DNA from: Octopus sinensis
Lineage: Eukaryota
Length of the DNA: 64,000 nucleotides
Direction of reading: 5' to 3'
Assembly: GCF_006345805.1 (NCBI RefSeq)
Contig: NC_042999.1
Span: forward strand, 50,778,001-50,842,000
A program made the translations under genes and the position numbers. Below, piece after piece: positions 40,456-53,666 of this stretch (within the stretch, counting starts at the first letter, position 1; each line of letters opens with the position of its first letter). The notes beneath the pieces are model-generated. The model was given only the letters and a program-made list of their open reading frames with translations, made no database searches and was not told the origin of the DNA.

Positions 40456-42916
40456 TTGCTTCAATCTACTCAGCTGAAATGAGTACTTGTAGCTGCTGAA
40501 AGCAGATTGTTGTCACTGCATTGGATTGTTGTCACTACAGCAGACTGTTATCCCATTTCTTGGGTATCTATGTCCTCCTAGTCACTTACTTGCCTTGAAA
40601 ACTGGGATAAGCTTCAATTTAATTAACATTTAAGACCAAGAAAAGATTTTTTTTTTTAGATGTCTAGATTAGCAGTCTTGCAGATAGACAGATAGCCTGA
40701 TAGACCAAAAAAAAAAGAAAGGTGGAAGACAGGTAAGCTAACATGAGAATGGATGGATGAACAGACAGATGTACAACATTTGGGAATCAGATTATCACAA
40801 TATTGACAAATGACTACATCTGTTTGAAGTATCAGCATTTTCATTGTCCAGTTTCCATGCTGTCATGTGTTGGATAGTTTGACAGCATCTGACGAGTCAG
40901 AGGACTGCATTATGCATCAATGTTTACTTTTACATGGTTTCTACAGATGGAGTTCTTCCTAATGCCAACCACTTTACAGAGTGTACTGGGTGCTCTTTTC
41001 CTGACACCAGCACTAGTGTTGATTGCTTCATAAACTGCAATGACAAGGTTTTCAAGTGACCCCTATAAACAGTGAAAGAACAGAAAAGAGAGTAGATGAT
41101 CCTAGTGGGGGGAAATGATTGATGGCAGGTAAAAGGAAAGAATAGAGAGTATTGGAAGGAACAAGCAAGAAAGAAAGAATGGTTTATGACAGATATTTGC
41201 TTAATCTAAAACAGAGGGAAAGGAAATGAATACGATGAAGGTGGTACCATCAGAATTTTATTGAAGAACATAGAGGAATCAAACTAAATACTCAAAAATT
41301 CCTGAAAGAAAATGTTACCATATGTATGTATAACAGTTATCATCAACAGATATTCAATAATAGTAGATTCTTTTGACTGATCAACTCTTAAAACATTATT
41401 TTTGATAACATGTTAACTGTGCAAAAAGTGTTAAGTATCAGTACAAGTGATTTATTTAATCCACTATATTGGTATTCTGAAATAATAGTGTTACTTGTTC
41501 ACTGCTTTTATATTACAAGTCAAGCAATTTTCTAGAGTGTAACACGTCAAAGTGAAAGTGAAAGCAAAACTGAAGGAGATACCGTGAAGTAGACTGCTGC
41601 ATCAGTCATTGAGGATACTTTAAGTCTTTTCTCAATAAGCATTATTGATATTGCTTATAACAAGAGAAAAGCTGAGAAAGTTAAAATTGGTTCATATTCT
41701 TTCAAATTAGCTCATACTGAGATGTCAGAATTACTACAGCCACACATAAAGCTAGTTTGATGGACTTTCTTTAGGTAAAAGCTATAATATTCTTTAATAT
41801 TTGGCAAAGCAGCATAAACTTTGCCACAACTAGCACTGTTATATTTACGACATTGATTTTTTTATAACTTCTGATTTTTAGCAGTGAGAATGAAGATTAA
41901 GGTTGGAATCTGCATCCCAGTAATTTTAACCTTACATTAATCTCTGAACCCAAGATTTTATCGCATTATTATATGTTAAACACTAAATTCATCTGAAGCT
42001 AACGAATCAATGAAGTTGAATAGTGCAGTGAATAATCTAATTGGATTACAGTAAAGTGTTTCAAAGAAACTAAACTTTTCTAGATTTTATCTCCATGCCA
42101 TAAGATGCTTAATTTATTAATTCTAAGCAGATATGGCTTAATTTCTCTCAAATTAAGCTTTGTAAAATTTGACCAAAAACAAATATTCTCTTCATTGGTT
42201 TGGAAAAGATAAATGCTTCCAGTTTCTTAATTGAGAACCGAATTATAAGGCAAGAATGGATAAGATTCAATATTAGATAATAATTGGAATTTAATTTTGA
42301 TCTCCGTTACAGCTTATGATTAATAAAGTAGAACAGACATGATATGAAAATCTCTCTCTGTAAGCATGGAGTATTTAGTGACTCTTTACTCAATAAACTT
42401 CTGTCGTTCTATAATTGTCCTATGTATTATACAGTTACAAGCAAGCTGAGTGGTTAAAATGTTGGCTTCACAGGCACGATGTTCTAGATTTGATCCCACT
42501 GAAAGGCCTCAGCCTCATTGCACTTTTGACATGCTGAATCTACTTTTCAATTATATTTAGAATACATATGCCTGTGGAATACCCAGCCACTTCATATGCT
42601 AGTTTATGAATAGGTTGTCCAGCTGTTCCAACAGATGGATGCTCGTAAGTCAAAACTAACTGAAGAGTCTTTCACTTATATATCATTTATACTTTTAGTA
42701 TAATATACTGAATGTATAAATGATATTAAATTTCACTACAATTTTGTTTTTTTTTTCTTTTTTGCATTTTATTAAGTTCCCATCCTTTTGTAGGAAAATA
42801 TTATGATTTCAAGTCTAAAGACTGTACTAAGTGATTTCTTGAACAAGAACATTGTTCGATTTCCACTCGTGCAATAAAGATACACAATTTTTTTAATAAT
42901 GGACCTAATAAGTTAC

Positions 42917-42974
42917 CCAGTTTGACCATCACTTAGCACCAGTGTGTAATAATCCATGGGGACAGTTTGACCAG
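42917..42974 (-). CDS. Candidate 58-nt exon, open as GQTVPMDYYTLVLSDGQT (phase 1 to 2)
   Basis: Acceptor poly-T plus gatcag, donor TGG|gtaact. Confidence 0.35.
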
Positions 42975-43216
42975 CTGATCAAAAAAAAAAAAAAATGAAA
43001 TATAAAAGGGGAAGTATTTCACCCCAAGTTTTCAAGTCAGGCAAAAAAAAATATAAAGACAGCACTGTAAACTCAAAAGAAACACCAAGGATTAAGAAAC
43101 TGGTTTCTTGAAGATTTATAAAGATTATACACTTATTATTTCATATGTGAGACAAAATAAACAAAAATTACTCCCCCAACACATACATATATATAAATGA
43201 AGTAATAAGATATATT

Positions 43217-43252
<36 letters not shown>

Positions 43253-43278
43253 ATATAAATCAATAAAACAGCACTTAC

Positions 43279-43405
43279 TTGACATAATATATCCTTCCTG
43301 AAGAGTGCAGTTTTGCCTCACAGTTATCAGGTAGCTGATTGTTAAGTCCTTGGATGTAATCCACGCAGAGAAGAGCCATGCAGTGGGTCTTATCGCAGAC
43401 AGACA
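43279..43405 (-). CDS. Candidate 127-nt exon, SVCDKTHCMALLCVDYIQGLNNQLPDNCEAKLHSSGRIYYV (WW-like end); a second frame is also open
   Basis: Acceptor ttttacttttgttttattag, consensus donor CAA|gtaagt; higher GC than the flanks. Confidence 0.55.
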
Positions 43406-45097
43406 CTAATAAAACAAAAGTAAAATAATATGTCTTAATTTTCTGACTGTACACTTACACATGTATTGATGTCAAGGACATCTAATGCAGGTGTTGGATT
43501 AACTGCATACTATCTTAGCTTATATGGCAACAAATGCAAATACATCAATGATTTTGCTTTTCTTTTGCTCAAGAAAAGCATGTAAATATTTTATAGTATA
43601 TACACATTCATATGTAATATTGATAGTATATAAAATCTACAGTGAGAATATAGGTAAGCAAGATTTCAACAAGTATACATAATATATGTTTCACATATAT
43701 TAATGGATATACAATGCTAACATGAAGTTTTGGTAAGATAATATGAATCTGTTTCTGAGGTCTGCTTGTTTAATAAGTGATTTATTCCCAGGCGTAAGAG
43801 TGGCTGTGTGGTAAGTAGCTTGCTTACCAACCACATGGTTCTGGGTTCAGTCCCACTGCGTGGCACTGCTAATTGATCCAGAAGCCTCGGGTTCTCAATA
43901 TCAGCTACATGTGACGGCAGGTGGTATGTCTGCTGTGTTCGTCTGACATTGAATTCATCGCAGAAGTCCTGGGGTCGATTTGCTCGACTAAAGGTAGTGC
44001 TCCAGCATGACTACAGTCAAATGACTGAAACAAGTAAAAGAGTAAAAGAGTAAGCAATGTGTCAGAAGCACAGAAGCAGGGGAAACGAGGGTAAGTCGCC
44101 TCTGGACATAGGTGTGAATGGGGGCATATTATGCTGATTATAATACATGTTAATTAGAAAGAGAAGCACCAAAATTTTCTTCACTGTTACCCCACCCCCA
44201 CATAAACCATCCCCAGTACTCTTGATGTATCACTGCCATGTGTTGAAATGGAAGCAGTTGCATCATGGAAGAACCATTTTAGTCATTAAAAAAATAAAAT
44301 AAATGCGCCCTTTTAAAGCCTAGCCAGGCCCATGGGCCCAGTTTCCCAGTTTTTGTGGCGTATGTGTTCCCCAGCTGGACGAGACGCCAGTCCATCACAG
44401 CGTTACTTATTTTTGCCAGCTGAGTGGACTGGAGCAATGTGAAATGAAGTGTTTTGCTCAAGAACACAATGCGTCGCCTGGTCCAGGAATCGAAACCACA
44501 ATCTTACGATCATGATGCTGACACTCTAACCACTAAGCCAGGTGCATCCACATTTTAGTTATTAAAGAACACACAAAATATAATGTCTTTATGAAACAGT
44601 AAATGGTACTGCTACAAAATGCTTTTTTATGATTTAAAAGTTGCACGTAAAGTCAACATTAGGGAGAGAATTACATTAACTGCAAATCTAGTTCACTGTA
44701 GTAAGGATTCCACTACCTTATAGCATATTCTATAAAATGCATTAAGCTCTCTGCAAATATCTACAACAATGTGTCAGAAAGCTATAGCAAATTCAAAAAT
44801 TCTCTGTCATTAAATCATAAACAAAATGTCATCTACTTCAATATTTAATATCTCATTTCCAAAACATGCTAACATATTTTAGGATAACATTGTTTACATT
44901 AAGTAAAAACTTGGGCTCAAAAAAATCAATGGTGGTCTGTGTGGATAAAAGGTTTATAGTGAAATTCATATATATATTGGATAAATTTATGGTGATAAAG
45001 TTTTAAACTAACATTTAAATACAAAGAAATAGAAAAAAGATGAAAAGGGAAAAGAAAGAAAAGTTGAGTAAAGCAGGAACCACACACTCCAGAATAA

Positions 45098-45386
45098 ATG
45101 GTGTGCTCAGCCACACCCCGTGGTAATGACTGTGATGGCATTACCATGGTGTGCTCAGCCGCACCCCGTGGTAATGACTGTGATGGCATTACCATGGTGT
45201 GGTCAACCACACCCCTTGGTAATGACTGTGATGGCATTGCCATGGTGTGCTCAGCAGCATCCCGTGGTAATGACTGTGATGGCATTGCCATGGTGTTGTC
45301 AGCAGCATACCATGGTAATGACTGTGATGGCATTGCCATGATGTTGTCAGCCGCACCCCGTGGTAATGACTGTGATGGCATTGCCA
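45098..45386. repeat. 48-bp minisatellite, 6 copies
   Basis: Unit atggtgtgctcagccgcaccccgtggtaatgactgtgatggcattacc. Confidence 0.95.
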
Positions 45387-45410
45387 CAGAGAATGGCCAG
45401 CAATACTCAC

Positions 45411-45419
45411 TGCAGCAGC
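45411..45419 (-). CDS. Candidate 9-nt microexon GCTGCTGCA
   Basis: Acceptor ggtattttcttctccccatag, donor gtgagt; frame-preserving. Confidence 0.4.
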
Positions 45420-45536
45420 CTATGGGGAGAAGAAAATACCAATTTGTTTTTTCCCTGTTTTATAATAGGAACTGTTTATCATAGATCTATGAATACAATA
45501 TTTGGACACATCAACTGTGTTGTATTCTAGACTCAC

Positions 45537-45738
45537 AGAGGGTTTCAGGCCTTGCAACATACACCCTCATCTAGATGACTTGATTGAAGTTGACCAAGTC
45601 TCCATCTTTGTCCAAGTGGTATTCTGATGACCTTAACCAGTCCCCTCTTTTCAATCTAGATACTTTCTCTACAACTTTCACATTGTTCTTGATAGCTGAT
45701 GTCCTGCTCAATCCCATAATACCCAAGGTTCCATTATC
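45537..45738 (-). CDS. Candidate 202-nt exon: 55 open codons (DNGTLG...FNQVI), in-frame TAG, then ATG (MRVYVARPETL)
   Basis: Acceptor tttttccctatattaag, donor CTCT|gtgagt; ATG at 45570. Confidence 0.4.
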
Positions 45739-45980
45739 CTTAATATAGGGAAAAACCTACAAGCCCTTAAATATTTAGAGGCCTTTACTTCATAGTTTAT
45801 TTATGGAGGATCAAGCACAATTCGTTTATACGGCATTAAATGCAAAATGAAGCTATAAATAGAACAACAGTTGCATAGACTTGACTTAAATTTAATAATC
45901 ATCTCAGAAGACAAGAAGTATATCAGAGGTAGTGAAAAATTTAGGAAACAATTGAAGTTGTCAATCAAATCCAAACTTAC

Positions 45981-45998
45981 TTAAGATCAATGGTATAG
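45981..45998 (-). other. Candidate 18-nt microexon CTATACCATTGATCTTAA
   Basis: Acceptor ccccttgtttccctactag, donor gtaagt; no productive phase match to the next exon found. Confidence 0.3.
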
Positions 45999-46862
45999 CT
46001 AGTAGGGAAACAAGGGGAGTGACTGATCCTACCAAACATATTTTTCAAAATTGGCACTTTTTCAACAATACTTTTTTAACACTTTAGTTCACTAGTGTAA
46101 TAAAAGTTAAATCTCTTTTTTTTCTGTTTGTTTGTTAATCACATAACCAAGGAAGAATTTCAAGTCATTACTTTATCTGACCATGTAGCGCAGGAGTGGC
46201 TGTGTTGTAAGTAGCTTGCTTACCAACCACATGATACTGGGTTCATTCCCACTGTGTGGCACCTTGGGCAAGTGTCTTCTACTATAGCCTCAGGCCGACC
46301 AAAGCCTTGTGAGTGGATTTGGTAGACGGAAACTGAAAGAAACCTGTCGTATATATGTATATATATATATGTAAGTATGTATATATGTATGTGTGTGTGT
46401 GTGTGTGTGTGTATATGCTTGTGTGTCTGTGTTTGTCCCCCAACATCGCTGGACAACCGATGCTGATGTGTTTATGTCCCCATAACTTAGCGATTCAGCA
46501 AAAGAGACCATTAGAATAAGTACTAGGCTTACAAAGAATAAGTCAAGGGGTCGATTTGCTTGACTAAAGGCAGTGCTCCAGCTTGGCCGCAGTCAAATGA
46601 CTGAAAAGAGTAAAAGAGTCTCCCTTGTTTATGAACTATCCGCTAAATTTCTTGTGATGTGTTGGTGGCTGTTGACATCTGAAGAACCAAAACAAATTCT
46701 GACACCATAACCTCTCGACTCTGGACAATCCCATGGGGTTTCATATTTTCATGTCACACCTAAATTGGTAGTTGTAAGCTTCATACATAATGACTTTATT
46801 ATTGAAACAGGAAATTAATGAACATAGAATATAATTATGCATATTATAAGTTCCACGAGGAT

Positions 46863-47130
46863 CTATGGTGTGGTAAACTTTCAAACCCTAGTCTAGATTG
46901 CGAATCCTCTGTACCCCAGGATGGTTCAGCTCTCCACCCATTAAAAGCCACCGTCTATGGAATGAGGATAACAATGTAGCTTTCGCGCCTGTGCAACCGT
47001 CAGTCTATTGCATGTGGTGGGTGGATCTTCAAGTTGCCACACGCTTTCTTAGTAGTTTAGAGTAGGCTCGAATTAGAGATTGTTCTTTGTGGCTAATGGC
47101 ATGAGTCCTGATCGGAAGAAGAAGACAACA
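46863..47130. repeat. Unclassified ~270-bp interspersed repeat (second copy at 52816-53085)
   Basis: ctatggtgtggtaaactttca.accctagtctagatt...gagtcctgat.ggaagaagaa occurs in both places in the same orientation. Confidence 0.88.
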
Positions 47131-49961
47131 GCTACAAGGAATTAAAAATAATTAATATTTTCATGATTTCTTCCAAATTCAACTTATGGAAGTCAGTGTA
47201 CTTAATCTGGCCTTCAGAAAAAAAAAAAAAAAAAAAAAGAAAGAATGTAATCGGCAAATATACATATATTCAGTATGAAGAGTTTGTGAAGAATGGACTG
47301 TAATTTAAAACTCTATGGAATTATGAAATATTTGGCAATATCATGTTTGAAAGACAAGGAAAATAATAACAAAAAAAAATTGTTATGGAATGGTTGGCCA
47401 CACAAACAAAGCTATTGTTTCTTTCTAAATATGAGAACAATTCTATCATCTCATCCTCACTGACTATGGGTGGAGGTATTTAATAAATTCAATCATCATA
47501 TTTCTAAACCTCAAAAGAACCAAACATGATGAAATCCATCAACCAAACATGAATACATTTCTAATGGATATACATAGATACACATAGACAGACACACACA
47601 TGCACACACAGACTAACACTCACAGATACATAAACACAGTTGAATTAGTACTGATACATACTTCTACACATAGTTTTCATTTACATACACACATCATGAA
47701 TACTGTTACACTTGCACAAAGATCTATTACATGTACACAATTATAATACAGTTATAGTACATCATCAGAGTCACATACATATGTGCGTATATTTACATAC
47801 ACAGCAAAAACTATGTTACCGCAGATCTTAATGCTATAAGTGTTAATAAAACCACATTCATTTCATTAATAATTCTATCAAAAAAACATTATTACATCCC
47901 TAGATGAAAGGTAGACCATAAATTAGATATTGTATGGTAATCTCTTCAGACAGACATGCAGCCAGACAGAGTGACTGGTACAGAGACAGATAGACTGACT
48001 CAGAGGGAGAGAGAGAGAGAGAGAGTGAGAGAGAGAGAGAGGCAGAGACAGACAGACAGACAGACAGAAACACAGTTGGGGAGAAAGACATACAGAGAAT
48101 GGTAGGAGGGAGAGAGAGAGAGAAAGAGAGAGAGAGGTGGAGGTCAGTCAAGCAGAAAGACAGAGAGAGTGGCAAACAGATAATACAGAGAGCTATACTG
48201 AAAGAAAGACAGAGAGAGAAAAAGAGAGAGGGGTGAGTGGGTGCATAGATAGTCTGATTGCCAGATAGACTGATAGATTACCAGAGACACAGTAAAGACA
48301 ATCTTCATCATCATTCACATACATTTTGCCATGCTTGCATATGATGCTTGGGCATGGTTTCTTCAGCCAATGTCTCCCCACTTGTAGTGTGTCCCTTGTT
48401 ACATCCTCAGCAAGATTCAGCATTTTTGAAGTCAACCTTTACTTGTTTCAGTCATTTGACTGTGGCCATGCTGGAGCATGGTCAAGCAAATCGACCCCAG
48501 GACTTATTCTTTGTAAGCCTAGTACCTATTCCATTGGTCTCCTTTGCCGAACCGCTAAGTGACGGGGACGGAAACACACCAGCATTGGTTGTCAAGCAAT
48601 GTTGGGAGGACAAACAGACACATACAGACATACATATATATACACACACACATATATATACAACGAGCCTCATCAGTTTCTGTCTACCAAATCCACTCAC
48701 AAGGCTTTGGTCGGCCCGAGGCTATAGTAGGAGACACTTGCCCAAGGTGCCACGCAGTTGGACTGAACCCGGAACCATGTGGTTGGTAAGCAAGCTACTT
48801 ACCACGCAGCCACTCCTACACCTACCTTCAACACAGCTTTCTTTTTCTTCCTTTATTTCCATCTTCTGCAAATTCCTTTGACTTGCATTGCTTAGTACTT
48901 CTTCATCTAAACATCTCCCTTCATATATATTTCTTTACTACCCACAAAGGGCTAAACATAGAGGGGACAAACAAGGACAGACAAAGGGATTAAGTCAATT
49001 ACATCGACCCAGTGTCAAACTGGTACTTTATTTATCGACCCCGAAAGGATGAAAGGCAAAGTCGACCTCGGCGGAATTTGAACTGAGAACGTAACGACAG
49101 ACGAAATACCGCTAAGCATTTCGCCTGGCGTGCTAGCGTTTCTGCCAGCTCGCCGCCTACATCGCCCTTCATATATATCACATGTCCATTCTAGTACTGT
49201 GCTCTGTTTCACACACTTGCAGCTGGCTCCCTTTATACATAGTGCTTCTCTTATTTCACTTGTGCTTCATGATTCAAGCTTGCTAACATAACACATTCTT
49301 TGGAGCATGCTCACATCATTTTTTTCCCCAAGCCTTAGCATATCGCTTGTATTCAAGAGCCATCTTTTGTTATCATGCAATATCACACTCAATAGCAAGC
49401 CTCATATATGCTTTTTATGCAGACAAAGATTCCTTTAGAAGCTGGAATTTTTTGCCATTTCATTTTTTACTCTGGCAATTATGCTTTTTGAACATCCACT
49501 TACATGCAGATGTAAAGTGCACAAACACATACACAAATACACACATGCATGTGCCTGTACACATACACACACACATATACACAAACACACATGCATGCAC
49601 ACACACATACACACACACACTCATGTATATGCATACACACACACTCATGTATATGCATGCTCACACATACAGACACACACTCATTTATATGCATACACAC
49701 ACACAAACTCATGTATATGCATGCACAGACATAGACATACTGACACTCACACACACACATGCACACACACACATGCACACACACACACACAAATCCATTT
49801 GTATAGAGAGGTAGCCTGATACAGAGAGAGAAAAGAGAAAAAGAGAAAATATAGACAGATAGATTGGAAGAAAATTGCTTGATACAAAGAAAAAATAAGT
49901 ACACACACGCATATATGTGTGTGTATGAATAGATAAGCTGACTGATTCCCCCCACTCTCTC

Positions 49962-50025
<64 letters not shown>

Positions 50026-50620
50026 TGCAGGCATGGCTGTGTGGTAAGGAGATTGCTTTCTAACAACATGATTCTGGGTTCAGTACCACAGTGTGGAACC
50101 TTCAACAAATGTCTTCTACTACAGACTCAAGCTGACCAAAGCCATGTGAGTGAATTTGGTAGACAGAAGCTGGAAGAAGCCTGTTGTATATGTGTATATA
50201 TATCATCATCATCATCATCGTTCAACATCCATTTCCATGCTGTATTAGATGGGTTGGATGATTTGACTGAGGATTGGCGAACCAGATGGCTGCACCAGGC
50301 TCCAATCTGATCTGGCAGAGTTTCTACAGCTGGATGCCCTTCCTAAAACCAACCACTCTGAGAATGTAGTGGTATTGGCAACGGCCTCACTCAAATGGTA
50401 TTTTTTACGTGTCACCTGCACAGGAGCCAGTCCAATGGCACTGGTAACAACCTCGCTCGAATGTTTTTTCATGTGCCACCAGCACAAGTGCCAGTAAGGT
50501 GACGTTGGTAACGATCACGCTCGGATGTTTCTCATAACACTCCACTAGCCAGTCATCGAATTTGATCTCGATTCCACTTGCCTTAACAGGTCTTCCAATG
50601 AAGGAAAGGTACGCATAAGT

Positions 50621-50700
<80 letters not shown>

Positions 50701-51567
50701 TTCTGTGTGTCTGTATTTGTTCCCTGCCACCACTTCACAACCAATGTTGGTATGTTTACGTCATTGTAACATAGCAGTTCAGCAAAAGAGACCAATAGAA
50801 TAAGTACCTTATTTCTTTGGGTTATTTCTGGGTTTGATTGATTCAACTATAAATTCTTCAAGGCAATGTACTTAACTGACAGTTGAGTACTAAAGTTGTC
50901 AAGAACTCAACTGTCAGTTAAACTTGTATGAAACCTGATGAGTACACTATGTATGAAAGCGCTAATTTTGTTAAAATACTTAAATAAAAACATGAAAACC
51001 AGACTATGCTTTAACTTTATTTAACTAATATATTATTCTCTACACATTCACACAAATTCTAAACAAAATATATATATGACAGGCTTCTTTCAGTTTCCAT
51101 CTGCTAAATCCACTCACAAGGCTTTAGTGGAAGACACTGGCCATAATGTGGGATTGAACTTGGACCCTGTCATTGAGAAGCTAAATGGGTAACTGTCTGA
51201 AGTTTAACAGTGGCTGACAAGGTGAATCGTCACTGAAACACTGAGATGTCCTGTCAGGCAGCTTGTGCGGAATATTCAAACAGAACTGGACAAAGGAATG
51301 AATTGGTCACTATATACAATCACTAAAAAATAATAGCCAACTTACAAACATACTCTTTTACACTTATGCTTGTTTCAGTCATTTGACTGTGGTCATGCTG
51401 GAGCAGCGCCTTTAGTCGAGCAAATCGACCCCAGGACTTATTCCTTGTAAGCCTAGTACTTATTCTATCAGTCTCTTTTGCCAAACCGCTGCATTACAGG
51501 GACGTAAACACACCAGCATCGGTTGTCAAGCGATGTTGGGGGGGGGCAAACACAGACACACAAACGT

Positions 51568-51619
<52 letters not shown>

Positions 51620-53509
51620 CCTACACAAATTCTTATCTATTCTCCAATGGTCAATAATAGAAGTTATCATCATCATCGTCATTATCAGACAGAGAGCTGG
51701 CAGAATTGTTAGCATGCTGAGCAAAATGCTTCATGTTCTGAGTTCAAATACTGCCGAGGTCGACTTTGCCTTTCATTCTTCCAGGGCAATAAAATAAGTA
51801 CCAGTTGAGCACTGGGATCGATGTAATTGACTTGTTCCCTCCACCCAAACTTGCTGGCCTTGTGGCAAAATTTGAAACTATAATTATTATTAATATTATT
51901 ATTATTGTTTTTGTTGTTGTTGTTGTTATTAGTATCATCATCATCATCATTATCATCATTATCATAAAGGCAGTGAGTTTGCAAAATGCTTAGCAGTATT
52001 TTATCCATCTTTACATTCTGAGTTGAAATTCAGCCTAGGTTGACTTTGCCTTTCACTCTTTGGGGGGGCCAATGTAATAAGTACCAGATGAACACAGGGG
52101 TCAATGCAATCAACTTATCCTCTTTCCCGCAAATTACTGGCCTTGTACAAACATTTGAAGCCATTATTATAAGTTGCAGTATTAGTGTTACCCTATTTTG
52201 AAAATGGTGACTATGCTAATAACATTTGGTTATTAATGTTTTAGCATCATATATATTAAAGTGTTTTTGTTTCCTCCACAAGATCATGTTGCAAATGTTT
52301 CCACTATGGAACTGTCTTCTTGCACTCCTGGCAACAACAACTGCTGTGGAGGTGCAATGGTCCAGCGGTAAGGGCAGCAGTCTCACGGTCATATGAAAGT
52401 GGTTTCGATTCTGCGAGCTGGCAGAAACGTTAGCATGCCGGGTGAAATGCTTGGCGGTATTTCGTCTGCCATTACATTCTGAGTTCAAATTCCGCCCAGG
52501 TCGACTTTGCCTTTCATCCTTTCGGGGTCGATAAATTAAGTACCAGTCATGCACCAGTGCATGTAATTGGCTTAGCCCCTTTGTCTGTCCTTGTTTGTCC
52601 CCTCTATGTTTAGCCCCTTGTGAGCAATAAAGAAATAAGAACGCGGTTTCGATTCCCAGACCGGGCATTGTGAGTGTTTATTGAACAAAAGCACCTAAGC
52701 TCCATGAGACTCTGGTGGGGGGGGGGGTGAACCCCGCTGTACTCTTTCACCACAACTTTCTCTCACTCTTTCTTCCTACTTCTTCCACAAAGCAGAGGAA
52801 CCATGGTGTAACCCACTATGGTGTGGTAAACTTTCAGACCCTAGTCTAGATTGTGAATCCTCTGTACCCCAGGATGGTCCAGCTCTCCACCCATTAAAAG
52901 CCACCATTTACGGAATGAGGATAACAACATAGCTTTCGTGCCCATGCAACTGCCAATCTATCGCATGTGGTGGGTGGATCTTCAAGTTGCCGCACACATT
53001 CTTAGTAGTTTAGTGTAGGCTCGAATTAGAGATTATTCTTTGTGGCTAATGGCGTGAGTCCTGATTGGAAGAAGAACAACAACAACTACTATTACTACTA
53101 ATACCTTAAATTCCTTTTTAGCTGAAACCAGCTTTGATATTCAGGTTAACATTTTATGTTTCCTACCTCATTCATCAACATTTATTTTGATCTTAACTGA
53201 AAAGGAATCTTTCCTCAAAATTTGTGTAGTTCTGTTAATGTAAATGTCAACAGCACTTGTAGAGGAAACAGAAAACAAAATTCACAAACCTAGAATAATC
53301 CATCTGAATTCTTTAAACTAATCAATTTATTTAATCTAGTTGAGCTGTTTCAATGAATGCCATTCAAAGTAAACACAAATATGAAAATAAAATAGTTTTA
53401 AAACTATTATTTTCAAGGAAACAAAAATAAATAATAGGAAAAAAAAAATCAGCTGAACAATAACATTTCATTTTTGAACTAATACAAGACTTTTTGAGGA
53501 AATTTCTAC

Positions 53510-53666
53510 CTTCAATAACTTTTAATAAAAGAGTTTGAAAATATAATATCTTCATATGAAATAATATCACAACTATCAAGATAAAATTCAGACAACCTGA
53601 GACTGAAGTCATGAAGTTGGTCTGTTGTAGGAGAGGAGATGTATTTAAGTACAACTGGAAGGACAT
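53510..53666 (-). CDS. Candidate 157-nt exon, (N)VLPVVLKYISSPTTDQLHDFSLRLSEFYLDSCDIISYEDIIFSNSFIKSY*
   Basis: Long pyrimidine tract ending ttttatgtccag; open in the incoming phase until a TGA 2 nt before a GAAG|gtagaa donor. Confidence 0.45.

Noticed and set aside
40579-40590. 12-nt microexon candidate before a gtaagt donor
   Set aside because: Modest acceptor and no open downstream continuation found.
45098-45484. GNDCDG repeats as a calcium/metal-binding protein gene on the plus strand
   Set aside because: No supporting plus-strand splice context; explained by the 48-bp minisatellite.
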